The position numbers and the translations under genes are program-made. Below, piece after piece: positions 33,919 through 45,857 of a stretch of 64,000 nucleotides of DNA (position 1 is the first letter of the stretch; every line of letters starts with the position of its first letter). This DNA is from Rhizodiscina lignyota. Taxonomy: Eukaryota. The notes under the pieces were generated by a model. The model was given only the letters and a program-made list of their open reading frames with translations, ran no database searches and was not told the DNA's origin. The stretch lies in NCBI GenBank assembly GCA_010015805.1, contig ML978129.1, forward strand, positions 310,001 to 374,000. The letters run 5' to 3'.

Positions 33919-35674
33919 TCAATAGATATACAAGAACTCGTCGTTCTCTCGATCCGTCTTGTCTAAGAACGCCGCTTCGCCTAGTCTTGGTCCGCTAGCT
34001 TCCTCATTTTCCTCATCAACGCCAGTATATCTATTCTGCATTGAGTGGTCTGTAAGAACAGCCCTCTTGCCATTGCGTACTCTTTTCTTCTGCTGCAACT
34101 TGTTCAAGATTACCAAGTTAGCAACTTGGAGGCCGACGACAAGGACTAGTACACAAAATACACTGAGGACCGCGCGGAGTCCGGGAAGATATGCTGGAGC
34201 CTGATCTGAAGTGAAAAGAAGGGGCCCAACAATGTTGCCGGTAGATGAAGCGGCTTGGTAAGCTGCCATCATGACAGACTTTTTGGTTGAGCCAGCAGTG
34301 TTGCCAACAACCCAAGCGACAATAAGTGGGTTGCCCGCGAATAAGAACGAAAAGAGGTAGTATCCGAACATAAGAGGACCTTGGTCCGCGTGTGTTCTCG
34401 GGACTGCGTAGAGGATCGCGATGCCGGCAATAACTGGCAACATGAAGCCAGCAAGGATGGCAGATTTATATTTCCACTTGAACGCGGCATAGCTGCCCGC
34501 AAGTATTGTTAGGAATTGAAGCACCCCAAAGGGGATGTTCAGTAACGAAGTCGTGTATTTATCGAACCCGAAACCGGCCAGAATCAACGGGCCAAACGTC
34601 TGAGCTACCTGAGCCCCCAGGTTGAGGAGTACGGTCATGGCGATGAAAATATACGTCTTGGGTTCAAGTAGAACTTCAATCACGTGTCGGAGTTTGAATT
34701 CTGAAGTTCCGGTACCTGTCTGATTGGCACGCAGACGTTCGATTGCTTTGGCTTTGTCCTCGTCATTCAGGAAACGTGCTGTTGCGATGTTGTTCTCCAG
34801 TCTCCACCAGATAAGAGGCGAGGTAATGACAGTGAGGAGCCCAAAAAAGAGGAATATTCTATCAATAACACATCAACCCTTGTCTTTCTCAACCTAAGAG
34901 TAATAGAATGCTTGACTCACATTTGCCATGGAAGCAGAGCGTCTGATTTGATGTGGCCCAGTCCGTAGGATAGCGCAGCTGTTACGACGGTCCCGATACC
35001 ATTCATGCTGTACCACGCAGCAACTCTCATAGGCTGCTCGCTTCGCCGATACCAGTTGCTCGTGATCACGCTAAACATTGGTAAACATCCGGCTTCGAAC
35101 AATCCCAAGAAGAAGCGGGTCGCCATCAAGCTAGAATAATCGTGACATGCCGCCATGGCCGCTTGAGAGATGCCCCAGCCGAGAATGAAAATTGGTACAC
35201 AGATCCTGGGAGGTACCTGTTGGAAGTAATAGAGAATTAGATTCTGCGCTCATAATAAAGGGAAGAGGAAGGAAGCTGTAATACCTTGAGAATGACGATG
35301 GAGCTGAATGGCTGCCATGCCAGCTGGGCGATTGGAGAGATAGAGGCAATGAGCGAGTATTGTGAACCCGTCAGGTGAGTATCAGTCTGAAGCCCGAAGA
35401 TAGCGCTGTATCCCAATGTCGACTTATCCGTGATCTGTAATAGGTACATCCATATGAGTATGGGAAGGAGATACAGATCTGTTTTTCGTCGTATTCTCTT
35501 GTTGTCCTCGTCGGTAAGCTCGACCCTCTCATCACCGATCACTGCGAGTGCAGCGTCTCCATGTCGAATATCCGCTTCGGTGAGTTTGCCATGATGTGCA
35601 CTGACTGGAGATGCAACGCCGTGCTGCGCTTCATCTACATGCTCTGCATATTGCACGTCAGTCTTTTCCTCCAT
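33919..35674 (-). CDS. MFS transporter, Dal5/allantoate permease-like (ACS family), 3 exons
   Basis: Motifs RKTDLYLLP, LQITDKSTLGYSAIFG, WYRRSEQP.RVAAWY, NTAGSTKK and FLDKTDRENDEFLYIY. Confidence 0.92.
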
Positions 35675-36403
35675 TGCTTCTGACAATTTGAACTATCCTA
35701 GTGCTGGATAAGTTCTGAGAGGATCGAGAGGTGCCGACGCACCATCTAATAGTGGTCGGAATTCTTCTGCATTTCCGTGACTGTCTGCTCTTTGCTCATC
35801 ATGTTGCACTCGGAATACTTTCCTCCCCAGGCCGATCTTAGCCGTCATTGCACTGATTTCCTGCACCCCGCATCAACAACCGTGCTTTGTGGAGAGACGC
35901 GGGGAGTAAGGCAGGGTGGTGAGCAGCTGTAACAGTATCCGGCCTTCTACCCGTATCGCACATACATGTGGAGATTAGGCCTCAAGAGAGTTCGCTTGTG
36001 AGAACAGGGAGCAACATTCGAGCAGGTATAGAGTACTGGGTGAAGCTCGACTAGGGCGGAAATATGCGCTTCGGCGGAAATCCACACAAAACCGAGCAAT
36101 TGCCGAGAAGAGAAGCGGAAAAGTCTTCGAAAAGTGCAAGTTCTTCAAATACCTTTGCTCTGAATTAGAAGACAGTATATCGCCAGGAAAAAGGCGCAAT
36201 GGTCGAGAAAGCTGTGCATTCGCAAGAGATGTCCTGAACTGGAGAGAGTTGAGAAAGAAATGGAAGGAACGTTGACCCGGCACGGAACTGTCGGCGGCTA
36301 GGTACCAGTTATCTTGCAGCTCATGTCGAATCTCTCACATACTGTCGTACTTGATAAATCGCGAATTGAAGTCTTTACAGACTATTCTGCGATATCCTCT
36401 TCG

Positions 36404-37144
36404 ATGTCAAAATTTGCTTTCAAGACTTATCCCCAGCCTGGGACCCGTCCCGACTTCAAAGCAGACGCCGCTCGGGTATGTGACTGCTTGCTATCCGGTG
36501 GCATTGCAATTGTTCCGACAGAACAAGGCTATGGACTTTTGGCCTCAGACCCTGCCGCGATTGAAAGATCATTTGCTGCGAAGCAGCGCAAGCATGGCCA
36601 TCCCTTAGGCATCATCGGGAATTACGGCCTCTCCAGACAAATTCACATTTTGCCCGCTGAGCGCCACGAGATGGTTCGCGTCTGGAACCAAGAGTTTGAC
36701 ATGTCTATCGGGGTCGTCGGGCCTTATAGACATGACCACCCACTTTTGACATCGTCATTGGATGAAGAGACTCTACTCAAACATACCAAGTCTGGCACTC
36801 TAGGCATGTTCGTCGGTGGAAGCCCAATACTCAAGGAAGTGGTCAACTTGGTACTTTCCAAGGGTCGTCTTGTTCTAGGTTCAAGCGCAAATCTGACTGG
36901 AACGGGCCAAAAATTCCGCGTTGAAGATGTTGAGGACGCCGTGAAAGACGCTGTGGATATCATTATCGATTATGGGTTGCAGCGCGCGCACGTTTACGGT
37001 GTCGGCTCAATGAACATCGACTTTGAGAACTTGAAAGTCTTACGATTTGGCTCCTGCTATGAAATGTTCAGAGATTACATGTCGCGATTCTGGGATGTTG
37101 AATTGCCTGAAGGCCCACCTGTGCCGTGCGTACCTACTCAATAA
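36404..37144 (+). CDS. Stand-alone YrdC/TsaC (Sua5 N-terminal)-like protein, intronless
   Basis: GGIAIVPTEQGYGL (cf. PTETVYGL), KQR (KxR), SSANLTG (SANxSG), DIIIDYG and VLRFG; no SUA5 C-terminal domain. Confidence 0.8.
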   Translation: MSKFAFKTYPQPGTRPDFKADAARVCDCLLSGGIAIVPTEQGYGLLASDPAAIERSFAAKQRKHGHPLGIIGNYGLSRQIHILPAERHEMVRVWNQEFDMSIGVVGPYRHDHPLLTSSLDEETLLKHTKSGTLGMFVGGSPILKEVVNLVLSKGRLVLGSSANLTGTGQKFRVEDVEDAVKDAVDIIIDYGLQRAHVYGVGSMNIDFENLKVLRFGSCYEMFRDYMSRFWDVELPEGPPVPCVPTQ

Positions 37145-38355
37145 GCCTGCGCGGGTTGCTTGGTTAAATCTTCATCAAAACAACGTATCATCTATAATTA
37201 TTTTCTAATAGCACTGTCCAGATAGAGCAAGAAAGAAAAGCTGTTCTGGATTCGAGAATGCTTCGCGTAGAGGACCGACAATGGGACAAAGGTCAATGAT
37301 GCTCATGTCACTGCTAAATCCGATCCTAGAATTCTTGTTAGTATCAGCACTGGCCGGAGATATTATGTTCAATACACTAATTCCAGGGATGACGTTGGAA
37401 TTGCGAATTCAGGCGGCTCTGTACAGACCTGAGAGGTTCCCCCGTGCTGGCAACGATGGAGGCACAAATATGGCTACTAAATCATTAGACAATGCCCGCA
37501 TCTACTTCGCCATGAGGTTAGGGTGAATTTTCTTGCATCCAGATTCCAGCACTGGGGCCGTTTTAGATACATTTTGGTTCATTCTTGCTGAAATGTAATC
37601 TTTAACATCGTGAATACCTGAACTTGTCGATTTCAAGACGCATGTGCTATGTGTTGCTAGCTTGCATTGCCAGTGAGCCTCAGGCATCATTGATATGGAG
37701 TCCATAGTGTTTTCAGTCTTCGAGGGATATTGGCAGTGGCTCTCCCTCCCAAGAGGAGAGCACATGCGGACGTCAACGACTTCCATTCGAAGTTATCCGG
37801 CACGCGGCTGACAAGTGACGGCTGCCCTGGTGTTTACGCGGAGCTGCAAAAACAGATTTTCCCTATCCGCATCGCCAACCTCACCTAGCGTCAAAAGGAG
37901 TCTTCCTTTGGAGGAAGCAATCTCGAAAGTGAGTCTAACTTGCGATCATTAATAACGGCGCCCTGGATCAGACGTTTCGTTTCGCCATTGGCGGAATTCA
38001 CAGTATTCCATCCGGAGAGATGGACCTGCCGAGATGCACGTTGGTTGCGGGGATTGAGTGGTGCATGAAGACAATCCCTCTCGGGAACTGGCTAAATGTA
38101 GACTGAATAGATTGATCGTCTTACCGACTCACCGCATTCGCTGCTAATTCTACAGATATTCGAAATTGTCCGTCGTTGCAAGGATCACTTGTTCCTGGAT
38201 CTTGTATGTCCTGCATCGTTAACCTGCATCATGGTTTGCTCGGTGCTCTCTTTCCCGGTCATCGAGGAATATTCCAATAAGAGAGCGCTCTTATAGGACT
38301 TGCATGTGTCCCGTCACGAAGTATCTTACGCCAAAAGAAAGTAAAAGCATACGAG

Positions 38356-39780
38356 ATGAAGTCTCTCGCAATTCTTTCCATTCTTCTATCGACGGCAAGG
38401 GGTGTTTCACTGAGCACTCGTGGCGAAGACATACAGCTATTTCCAGCAGATGGTGCCAAAAATGTCAATCCAGACACACAACTGAAGATCACATTTCCAT
38501 CACCGCCAACTATTGGCTCGTCTGGGTTGATTCGCGTTTACGATGAGGCAGATAACAAGTTAATTGACACACTCAACATGTCCATCCCCACGTCTCCAAG
38601 CCCGTTTGGAAACGGCTCGACAAAGGCCAATTACAGTGACACGACGACTTACCAGACCAACATCATTGGAGGCCTAGACTTTTACTTTTACCCAATCATT
38701 GTACGCAACAATACCGCTACCATTTATCTACACAACAATCAACTCGACTATGGGCGGACGTACGGTGTCACGATAGAGCCAGGCGTACTGAAACAAGGCG
38801 GCTTCAATGGCTTCACATCAAACAGTTCCTGGACCTTCTCAACAAAGCCTCATGGTCCAAAGGCGGGCACGACGGATGTGGTGGTTGCTGCTGATGGATC
38901 TGCGGACTTTAGTACAGTCCAAGGAGCCATTGATTGGGCACCACTGAACCCAACAAAGCGTATCACCATTTGGATCAAGGATGGCAACTACGAAGAATTG
39001 GTTTATTGGCAGTACAAGACAAACTTGACAATACGCGGCCAGAGTCGCAACGGAACCATTGTTGGCTATCCGAACAACAGCGCTTTCAACCCTCCGAATC
39101 GTCAAGGACCGTCTCGGCGTCCGGCATTCCAGATGAACGGTGTGACTGATGTGCAACTCAGTTCCTTCACAATCAACAACTACTACAAGGGCCAGGCGGA
39201 ATCGTTGTTAGTTAATGGACTGCGTGTTGTCCTCGACCATATGACACTGAATGGATCTGGTGATGGCTTCACAACGTACGGGACAATTTACATCACCGAT
39301 TCTAAATTGACCGGCGATGGTGACAGCGTATTGGGCTATGGATCAGTGTTCTGGTTACGCAGCGAAATCGACTCTCACTCTGCGGTAACGTGGACAAGGA
39401 CCGTTCAAGCGCAAAGGCACGGCAACGTTTTTGTCAACTGTACAATCATCGGGTTGGATGGTAATGACACGTTTGCACGCTTACCCGATAACACGGGCGG
39501 TGTTATGCCGAATTGGCCGTATGCGGAGGTGGTTTTGATCAATACGAAGACAGCCGGTATTGCTCCTGTTGGATGGGGACCAGTTGCAGGCCCGCCGTTT
39601 GATACGAGCCATCTACATCTCTGGGAGTATAACACGATGGATCTAGATGGACAGCCAGTGGATGTGAGCCAGAGGTTGAATGTTTCAAGACAGCTGAGCT
39701 TACCGAAAGATGCGAAGATTCTCGCAGAATACACTGATCCGACCTATGTACTCGACGGATGGACGCCTGTTGTGCTATAA
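38356..39780 (+). CDS. Secreted pectinesterase-like (CE8 beta-helix) protein with N-terminal Big_5/SbsA-type Ig domain, intronless
   Basis: Signal peptide; LFPADGAKNVNPDTQLKITF (Ig); VVAADGSADFSTVQGAID, IWIKDGNYEE, GQAE and WEYNT (CE8-like). Confidence 0.8.
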   Translation: MKSLAILSILLSTARGVSLSTRGEDIQLFPADGAKNVNPDTQLKITFPSPPTIGSSGLIRVYDEADNKLIDTLNMSIPTSPSPFGNGSTKANYSDTTTYQTNIIGGLDFYFYPIIVRNNTATIYLHNNQLDYGRTYGVTIEPGVLKQGGFNGFTSNSSWTFSTKPHGPKAGTTDVVVAADGSADFSTVQGAIDWAPLNPTKRITIWIKDGNYEELVYWQYKTNLTIRGQSRNGTIVGYPNNSAFNPPNRQGPSRRPAFQMNGVTDVQLSSFTINNYYKGQAESLLVNGLRVVLDHMTLNGSGDGFTTYGTIYITDSKLTGDGDSVLGYGSVFWLRSEIDSHSAVTWTRTVQAQRHGNVFVNCTIIGLDGNDTFARLPDNTGGVMPNWPYAEVVLINTKTAGIAPVGWGPVAGPPFDTSHLHLWEYNTMDLDGQPVDVSQRLNVSRQLSLPKDAKILAEYTDPTYVLDGWTPVVL

Positions 39781-40544
39781 ACCAGCTAGTATATACAACA
39801 TAGCCTCGTTCAATCCAGAATATCATTAATTCTGAATATATATTGCCTCCTTGTGCAACACTCTGAGTATTGTTGACGCTTGAGTGTATGCTGGAACAGG
39901 CAAGCGGAGTGAGAGCCGAACAGATTGATTTAGGAACCGGAACTGGTGCAAAGCACCCTTGTATATACGGTTTGGTACCCGGGGGCAGGTGCCAGGCACC
40001 CAGCCACCCAATTTTCAACACCACACAATCCCCAAAATCATCCTGGCTTGCAACTTTGTAGTTTTTCAGGCGTTTGTTGGTTAGTTGTTAAACGCCCAAG
40101 TCGCTTTCGCAGTTAAGGACGGGTAGAGCTAATTCAGCTTGTCGCGCGCCGTCTCAGAGCAAGTGGATTATACCAATCATAGCATGATCTTTCATTCCTG
40201 GACCTAGTTTAGCATGTTTTGCGTACATTCAACAAATTATGAGCTATGGAAGGTGCGTCCGATAATACACTAGGCGCTGTATTCTATGAAAGTTTATATT
40301 TGGTCAGATTTTAATTACCGTATCAAAAAACTTTGACTTCAACGGGGCATGAGGATCTGAGGAGAGACCAAGATCGAAGCAGGGAAATCAGAGGGGAAAT
40401 ACTATACTATTGGAAGATCAAATGTTTGCTTCATCAAAGGGTTTGTAGCATTGAAGACAACGTGGTAGAATCAAGTGTTTTTGGTAATTTGTGGAGTCCA
40501 AGTGACCGCAAACTATATGTGCCTAGGGAGACAGCGAAGGGCCT

Positions 40545-40631
40545 CAAAAGAGTTGATATCATTATATTCGATAGCTCGACAGGAGCTTCCTCTGGCAAGA
40601 AATGTCCAGCGCCATCTCCAATCCCTTCAAC
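40545..40631 (-). pseudogene. Remnant of the C-terminus of an alpha/beta hydrolase (epoxide hydrolase/haloacetate dehalogenase type)
   Basis: VEGIGDGAGHFLPEEAPVELSNIMISTLL matches the catalytic-His motif GH.LPEE.P; in-frame stop just upstream and no remaining body of the gene visible. Confidence 0.45.
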
Positions 40632-40693
40632 CTGGTTGCGAATAATAGTCATGACAGATTATGAGACCATCGATCCTGGACCATCGACTGAAT

Positions 40694-41276
40694 TTAAACC
40701 ACTATGGAACTCCCTGGGAAGCACCGCCCTTGATCAGTACACAGCAAAACTTGATCCATCATAAATACTCCGTCTCCATTCATCTCTACTGACCCTCGTT
40801 GTTTCGAGTGGTTCGGCTCAGGCCTTGCAAAAGCCCGTAAATTGTTGCCATCAAGCTCCTCGGTAGGTTGTATGTCCTCGGCGCCGTATTTTACTCTCAG
40901 CGGATCGCAATGTATTGTCTCATTGTGTAGAGCCTCCAGACTTTTTGGATCATTAGGACAACTATTATAGCACCTTTTGCTAGTGAGAAAATCATTGACT
41001 TTCAACCTGCGACTGGGGCCATACGATGCAATGGCTTTGTATACATCACAAAGGCAAGCTGTGGCATTGGGGCCGCAACAATTAAGCTCGCTCTGCGTCG
41101 TTTCGAGACATTCTTCCATGGTACTGATTATATCAGTAAAATACGCAGGCAATGGATTAAACTCACCTTTGCAAACCGCACGCCACCCGCTCAGCTGATG
41201 GTGCTGGGGTTGTGAAAGGAAGGTAGCAGATGGCTAGGAATAACAGCACAGTGACGTACCACGCCCGATAATGCAT
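40694..41276 (-). CDS. Small secreted Cys-rich protein (N-terminal domain like fungal GPI-anchored Ser/Thr-rich proteins); 3' end uncertain
   Basis: Signal peptide MHYRAWYVTVLLFLAICYLPF. Spliced Cys pattern C...MEECL...C..N..ACLC..Y..I.SCYNSCPNDP across two GT-AG introns. Confidence 0.65.
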
Positions 41277-41960
41277 ATTTGATCAAACTGATTGTTCCAA
41301 AGATTGACCATTTCATCACAGGTTCCAGGCCATTTAAATGCTAAGTGCTGCGTACGAATGAATCATATTGCTTAAAACATACGTGGCGGCTCTTCTCCAC
41401 AGCCCTCAAGATAATAAAGGATTGATCTTCTAATCGTCCGAATCTTCTGCGCCTCTCCATGTGACTGATTGGCTTTAAGGGACATCATAGGATGACTCGT
41501 CTCAGCCAAAAGTCCGGATGCCGCTGTTACTGCGACATTATGAGTTGGGATACGTCGCATGATCTTTAGCTACAAGGCAACAAAATTCCAGGATCGAAAG
41601 CTCTAAACCTTCACAAGGATTGAAAGGCAAACAGAGAAAATAGCACTTGAACTTGTTAAAATGTAAATCTCGACATGGCGATATAATTGAAAGAACAGCA
41701 GCGAGGATTCGGTATTGTTTAAGGATTCACACCTAAGTTCTAGGTTTATGGTACCCAAATTTAGGTACCCTCAGCACCTAGCCCTGCTGATCTCCGGTAC
41801 CTTGGCGTTTCACGCTAGCTCCGGAAATGCTGAACCGCGAATATCACATTCAATCTCCGGACAGTGCAAGGCATGGAAAACATCTTCATAGCACTTAAAT
41901 ATATGAAGGCAGTAATAACCATGGCGCCCACCTGCCACTGTTTCTATACTCTCAGCCAAA

Positions 41961-42551
41961 ATGGAGTCTCACAAGTTCAATTTCGAGCATCTCGGCCCAG
42001 GGAAAGGTTCAAATGAGCAACCATACTTTCGAATGCTAATGTTTTTTAAAAAGCTGCCTCATATTACGGAGGAGCAGTTCCATGAATGGTGGAAGTCTGT
42101 TCATGCAGACCTTACGATGTCTTCTGAACATTTTGGTGTTTACATTCTGAGATATGTTCAGGTTTGCCTCTCTCTGCTCCTTCATACACTGCGCGCTCAA
42201 GATCTCCCAGTTTCATCAGACTTCGAGACACAAGGAACTGGTTGCCCCTCTAGGAATGGAGCAGCTTGGCTTTGATGCTTGTGGAGAGATGCATGTACGA
42301 AGTGTTGACGACTGGGTCGAGTTCACTAATAGTAAGGCTTTCCGGGAAACTTTGATGGGTAAGTTCTCAACCCCGAATAACACCTGTTCTAACGATTCTT
42401 GTGCAAAGCCGATGCTCCAAACTTCATGCTTCTGCCAATCCATATCATGGCAGGCTACGACAATTTATTGTATGGCTCGAAGATCGAGACATCTGGCGGC
42501 ACTGATGGGGTTTTGCCAAATGACCCACGGCTCAATTTCTCTACTTCATGA
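41961..42551 (+). CDS. EthD-domain (dimeric alpha+beta barrel) protein, 3 exons
   Basis: FFKKLPHITEEQFHEWWKSVHADL...RYVQFHQ...FDACGEMHVRSVDDW...ADAPNF; two GT-AG introns keep the frame; TGA 42549-42551. Confidence 0.8.
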
Positions 42552-43347
42552 ATTCGAATTGGAACAGCTCCATCTATCCTTTAAAAGGGCTAATGCCAAT
42601 ATAACCGTACAATACAACCGGGGTTCACAAAGCAACGGAGCTGGAAAGCCATAGCTGATGAAAATGCTTCCATACTCAGTCCACCGCTCGTCAAAGTGGT
42701 TAATGAATACAACTACTGTGTTCGACATAATCAGGCAGTTCAGAGGAGTTGATGAGCTTCTCCAATGGACCTTTTTTGTAGGTCAAACGCACGCTTCAAC
42801 TGGTAGTGGCATCGGACTTGATGGGAGTGGATGGAGTTATATGTACCGGAGATCACTCTAGCTCGGGCATCTAGCCCACCCAGGTTTAGGTGGGTTCTAC
42901 CCCAGACTTTGGTTTGCTCTCCGTATCCATGGCCCCCTTGGAATATTGCACATCCGTGATTCTGATTGGTTCGCGACAACATGCGCTCTCCCCATCTGAT
43001 TCATGATAGATTTATAATAACGAGAGAGGCACACCGATATCTCCGGAGCCATAAATGCATCGTTGCCCATTTTCAAAGGAAAGTCTTACACAGTCTTTTG
43101 ATATTCAGATATCGATGCATACCTACGAGTACTTGGTCGAGAAGTCGAAATACTCATTGAAGGCGGCTTTAAACACTGAGTACAGGCTCTTCTGCACTGC
43201 CGCAAATTGCCAGTAGTCCTTGAGTCGCAATGATTGATGTTGGATGCAGCTAACATTCCCCGTACTCTACTTCCCTGCAAATTTAAGACTCTATGAGCCT
43301 TCTACATCTCCACTACATAACGCTGCTGCAGTTACCGCAGGGACTTT

Positions 43348-45168
43348 CTAAACCTGTTCGACATGGCTCGCCTCATGACCTTTGTCTGAAACTGTCACTG
43401 GTACTGGGCGATCAGCCTCAGTTGCGGTATGAGTCAGTCCATCCTTTCGGTCCACCACCAGCTCGTGCGTATTATGGTCAAGGTGGATGTCCGACGCATA
43501 GACCATGATATTGTCAGTATCCCCGAAGAGCTTGGCCATTTCCTCCAGCGGAATACCCTTTGTCTCGGGAAGTACAAAATACATGAGCAGGGCGCCGAGA
43601 CCAGATATAATGATGAAAATCTGGATGCTGTTAGTTATCCTTCTTGTTCGGGAAAAGCATTAAGGAGACTCACGAGATAGAATTTCCAACCTATATTAGC
43701 GAACGCGGTTGCTGTGGCTTGCAGATACACCAAGTCCGTCAGAGCGATTGTGGCGATGGAGAGACAGATTCCTTTCGCACGAATGTTGTTTGGGAACAAT
43801 TCGCTGTAGAAAACGACACCAGCAACGTCGATGCCGACACTGTAAACCGCCAGGAAAAGATAGAATGCAGCGACACCCATGGACAGACCGGCCTTATTCG
43901 TTCCTTGGGCCGCGAAGCTTGCAACCATAGCAGCTTCGATGATTAACCAAAGACAGCAGCCTGAAACGCCGATAAGCATGAGCGGCCGTCTGCCGAACCG
44001 ATCCATAAGCGAAGCGCCGACGGCATTGAAGATGACGCCGACAGTAATCCAACCGCACTGAAATCGGAGCTGATCCTCAGTTCCGTAGCCCAGAGTCTTG
44101 TATAGCGTCGGCCCGTAGTTGTTGATAACGAGCACTGCAGTACTCTGGCCTATGAAAGCGAAGCCCATGGCGAGAATAGTTCGCTTCCGGTATGCAGCCT
44201 TGGAGAACATGCCCCACTGCCATCAAAGAATCAGCATTAAAGATGAAAATCACAAAAAGGCTACCATACCCATGAGACATGCAGTGTCCTGTCGAGCTCG
44301 GCTTGCTTCTGCATCTGGTAGAATTCTCCTCGCGCGAACTCCTGATCAGGATCGTTTGGAATAGAATGTAGCTTGAGCACGACATCGTGCGCCTGGTCGA
44401 CTTTGCCTTGCATAAGGAGGAACCGAGGGCTCTCGGGTATAAATGGGAGGATAGCAAGCATCATGAAGGGCCAGACAAGTGCGATGCCGAGCGGTCCGCG
44501 CCACTGCGCTACAGGATCTTTGGCATAAAAGAAGGCCATGCCCATGTAGCTAGCGAGCGCGTAGCCAAGGGCAATGTTAACGCCGTTCATGCCGACAAAA
44601 AAGCCTCGTAGTTTGGGCGGTGCGAGCTCAGCGGAGTAGGTTGGAGCTATGGAGGGTAAGCCGGGTGACTCTCATAGCCTGTGGATTCAGCAATGAGGCT
44701 TACTGCATGCCAGAAATCCCCAACTTCCCATACCAGCGAAGAAACGGGCCGTGATAAACATTCCAGATGATTTGGAGCCGCATAGTAGTGCTCCGCCGAA
44801 AATGGACCAAAAGGAGCAATAAACCACGCCTGCTTTCCTTCCCCAGCGATCCATAACGTAAGATGCGATCAGAACGCCGAAGAACGCGCCAGCCTAACTA
44901 TTATATTAGTAAAAAGCTGCATCCTCAAGAGATCAAGAAGGTTTCTTACCTGGAAAACTCCAGACATGGCACCAATAAGCTGGTTACCCTTGGACGTTGC
45001 CTCACCCGTCTGCAAATCAATCAATTTCATGTATATCAAGAAGCTTGGCTCTCCCAACGTCGTCCCAATGATGGAGGCCGGGTAGCCAAAGGCAACCTGC
45101 CCAAGAGAGACGAGCCAGCATATCCAGAAGTTGTACCAGCTAAACTGGTTCTCAGAGAAGACGGCCAT
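43348..45168 (-). CDS. MFS sugar porter family transporter, multi-exon
   Basis: Motifs MDRWGRK, YSAELAPP.LRG, PESPRFL, INNYGP, DRFGRRPL, YSELFP..IRAKG and PETKGIPLEEM. Confidence 0.92.
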
Positions 45169-45291
45169 GTTGGGAATGGAAAGAGAGCAACTGAGATAAT
45201 GCCCAATACAGACAACAGAGGAGGAGACGAGATAAACGGAATTCTTATGGCGGGATAAAGAAATCACGATGTACCATACATACCCGACTTT

Positions 45292-45857
45292 CTCCACACC
45301 CCCTTATGTACCAAGACAGCGAAGCCTCCGCGCTGCTGCAGCCTCAGGCAATCCACGGCAAATCGCCCATCCACCTCTCGCTCTAGCGGATCTGTCTAGT
45401 TACGTAGCACAGTGGCCTGCGGAGAGGGCGAGTTCCACCTCTTCTACGCCTGCCAGTCCTGCACGCCGTCAGAACAAGCTCCGCCAACATGTATTCTGAC
45501 TCAGAGCGCAGCGGTCTCTCCGCCGCTCAATGGCGGAAGCAAATATTGTACGACTCATGCTTCTAGAGACGGAGCGGCCACTCTCTCACTCGGGTACCCC
45601 GACGTTGAGTGAGAACCTCGCGATTAGGCAGAATGCATTCATTGTTTCGATTGTGCCGAAAGGGACCGAAGCGAACTACCAGAGCAATTGAAGGAGGCGG
45701 ATTGAAGCCGCGATAGTTACCAACTGGTTGGGAAGAGCCCTGTGATTGTGTCTCACCAGGAAAGAGAGGCGCGGTGTCTGTGGTGGAGAAGCTGGACGCC
45801 AATGGAATTGTGGGGACACGGGGGGATTTGGAGATCAAGCAACGCGGAGATGTGGGG
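45292..45857. promoter_or_regulatory. Cluster of nine SYGGRG (CreA/Cre1-type) motifs upstream of the sugar transporter
   Basis: Sites start at 45292, 45326, 45419, 45479, 45518, 45783, 45810, 45844 and 45852 (both strands). Confidence 0.5.

Noticed and set aside
37145..38355. Short ORFs (81 and 94 aa) in the 1.2 kb gap as a hidden gene
   Set aside because: No recognisable motif or consistent exon chain; could be decayed sequence, but I cannot support that.
42552..43347. Short ORFs and a CCCACC/GGTGGG hairpin between EthD and the sugar porter
   Set aside because: No homology recognised, and a 6-7 bp stem is expected by chance.
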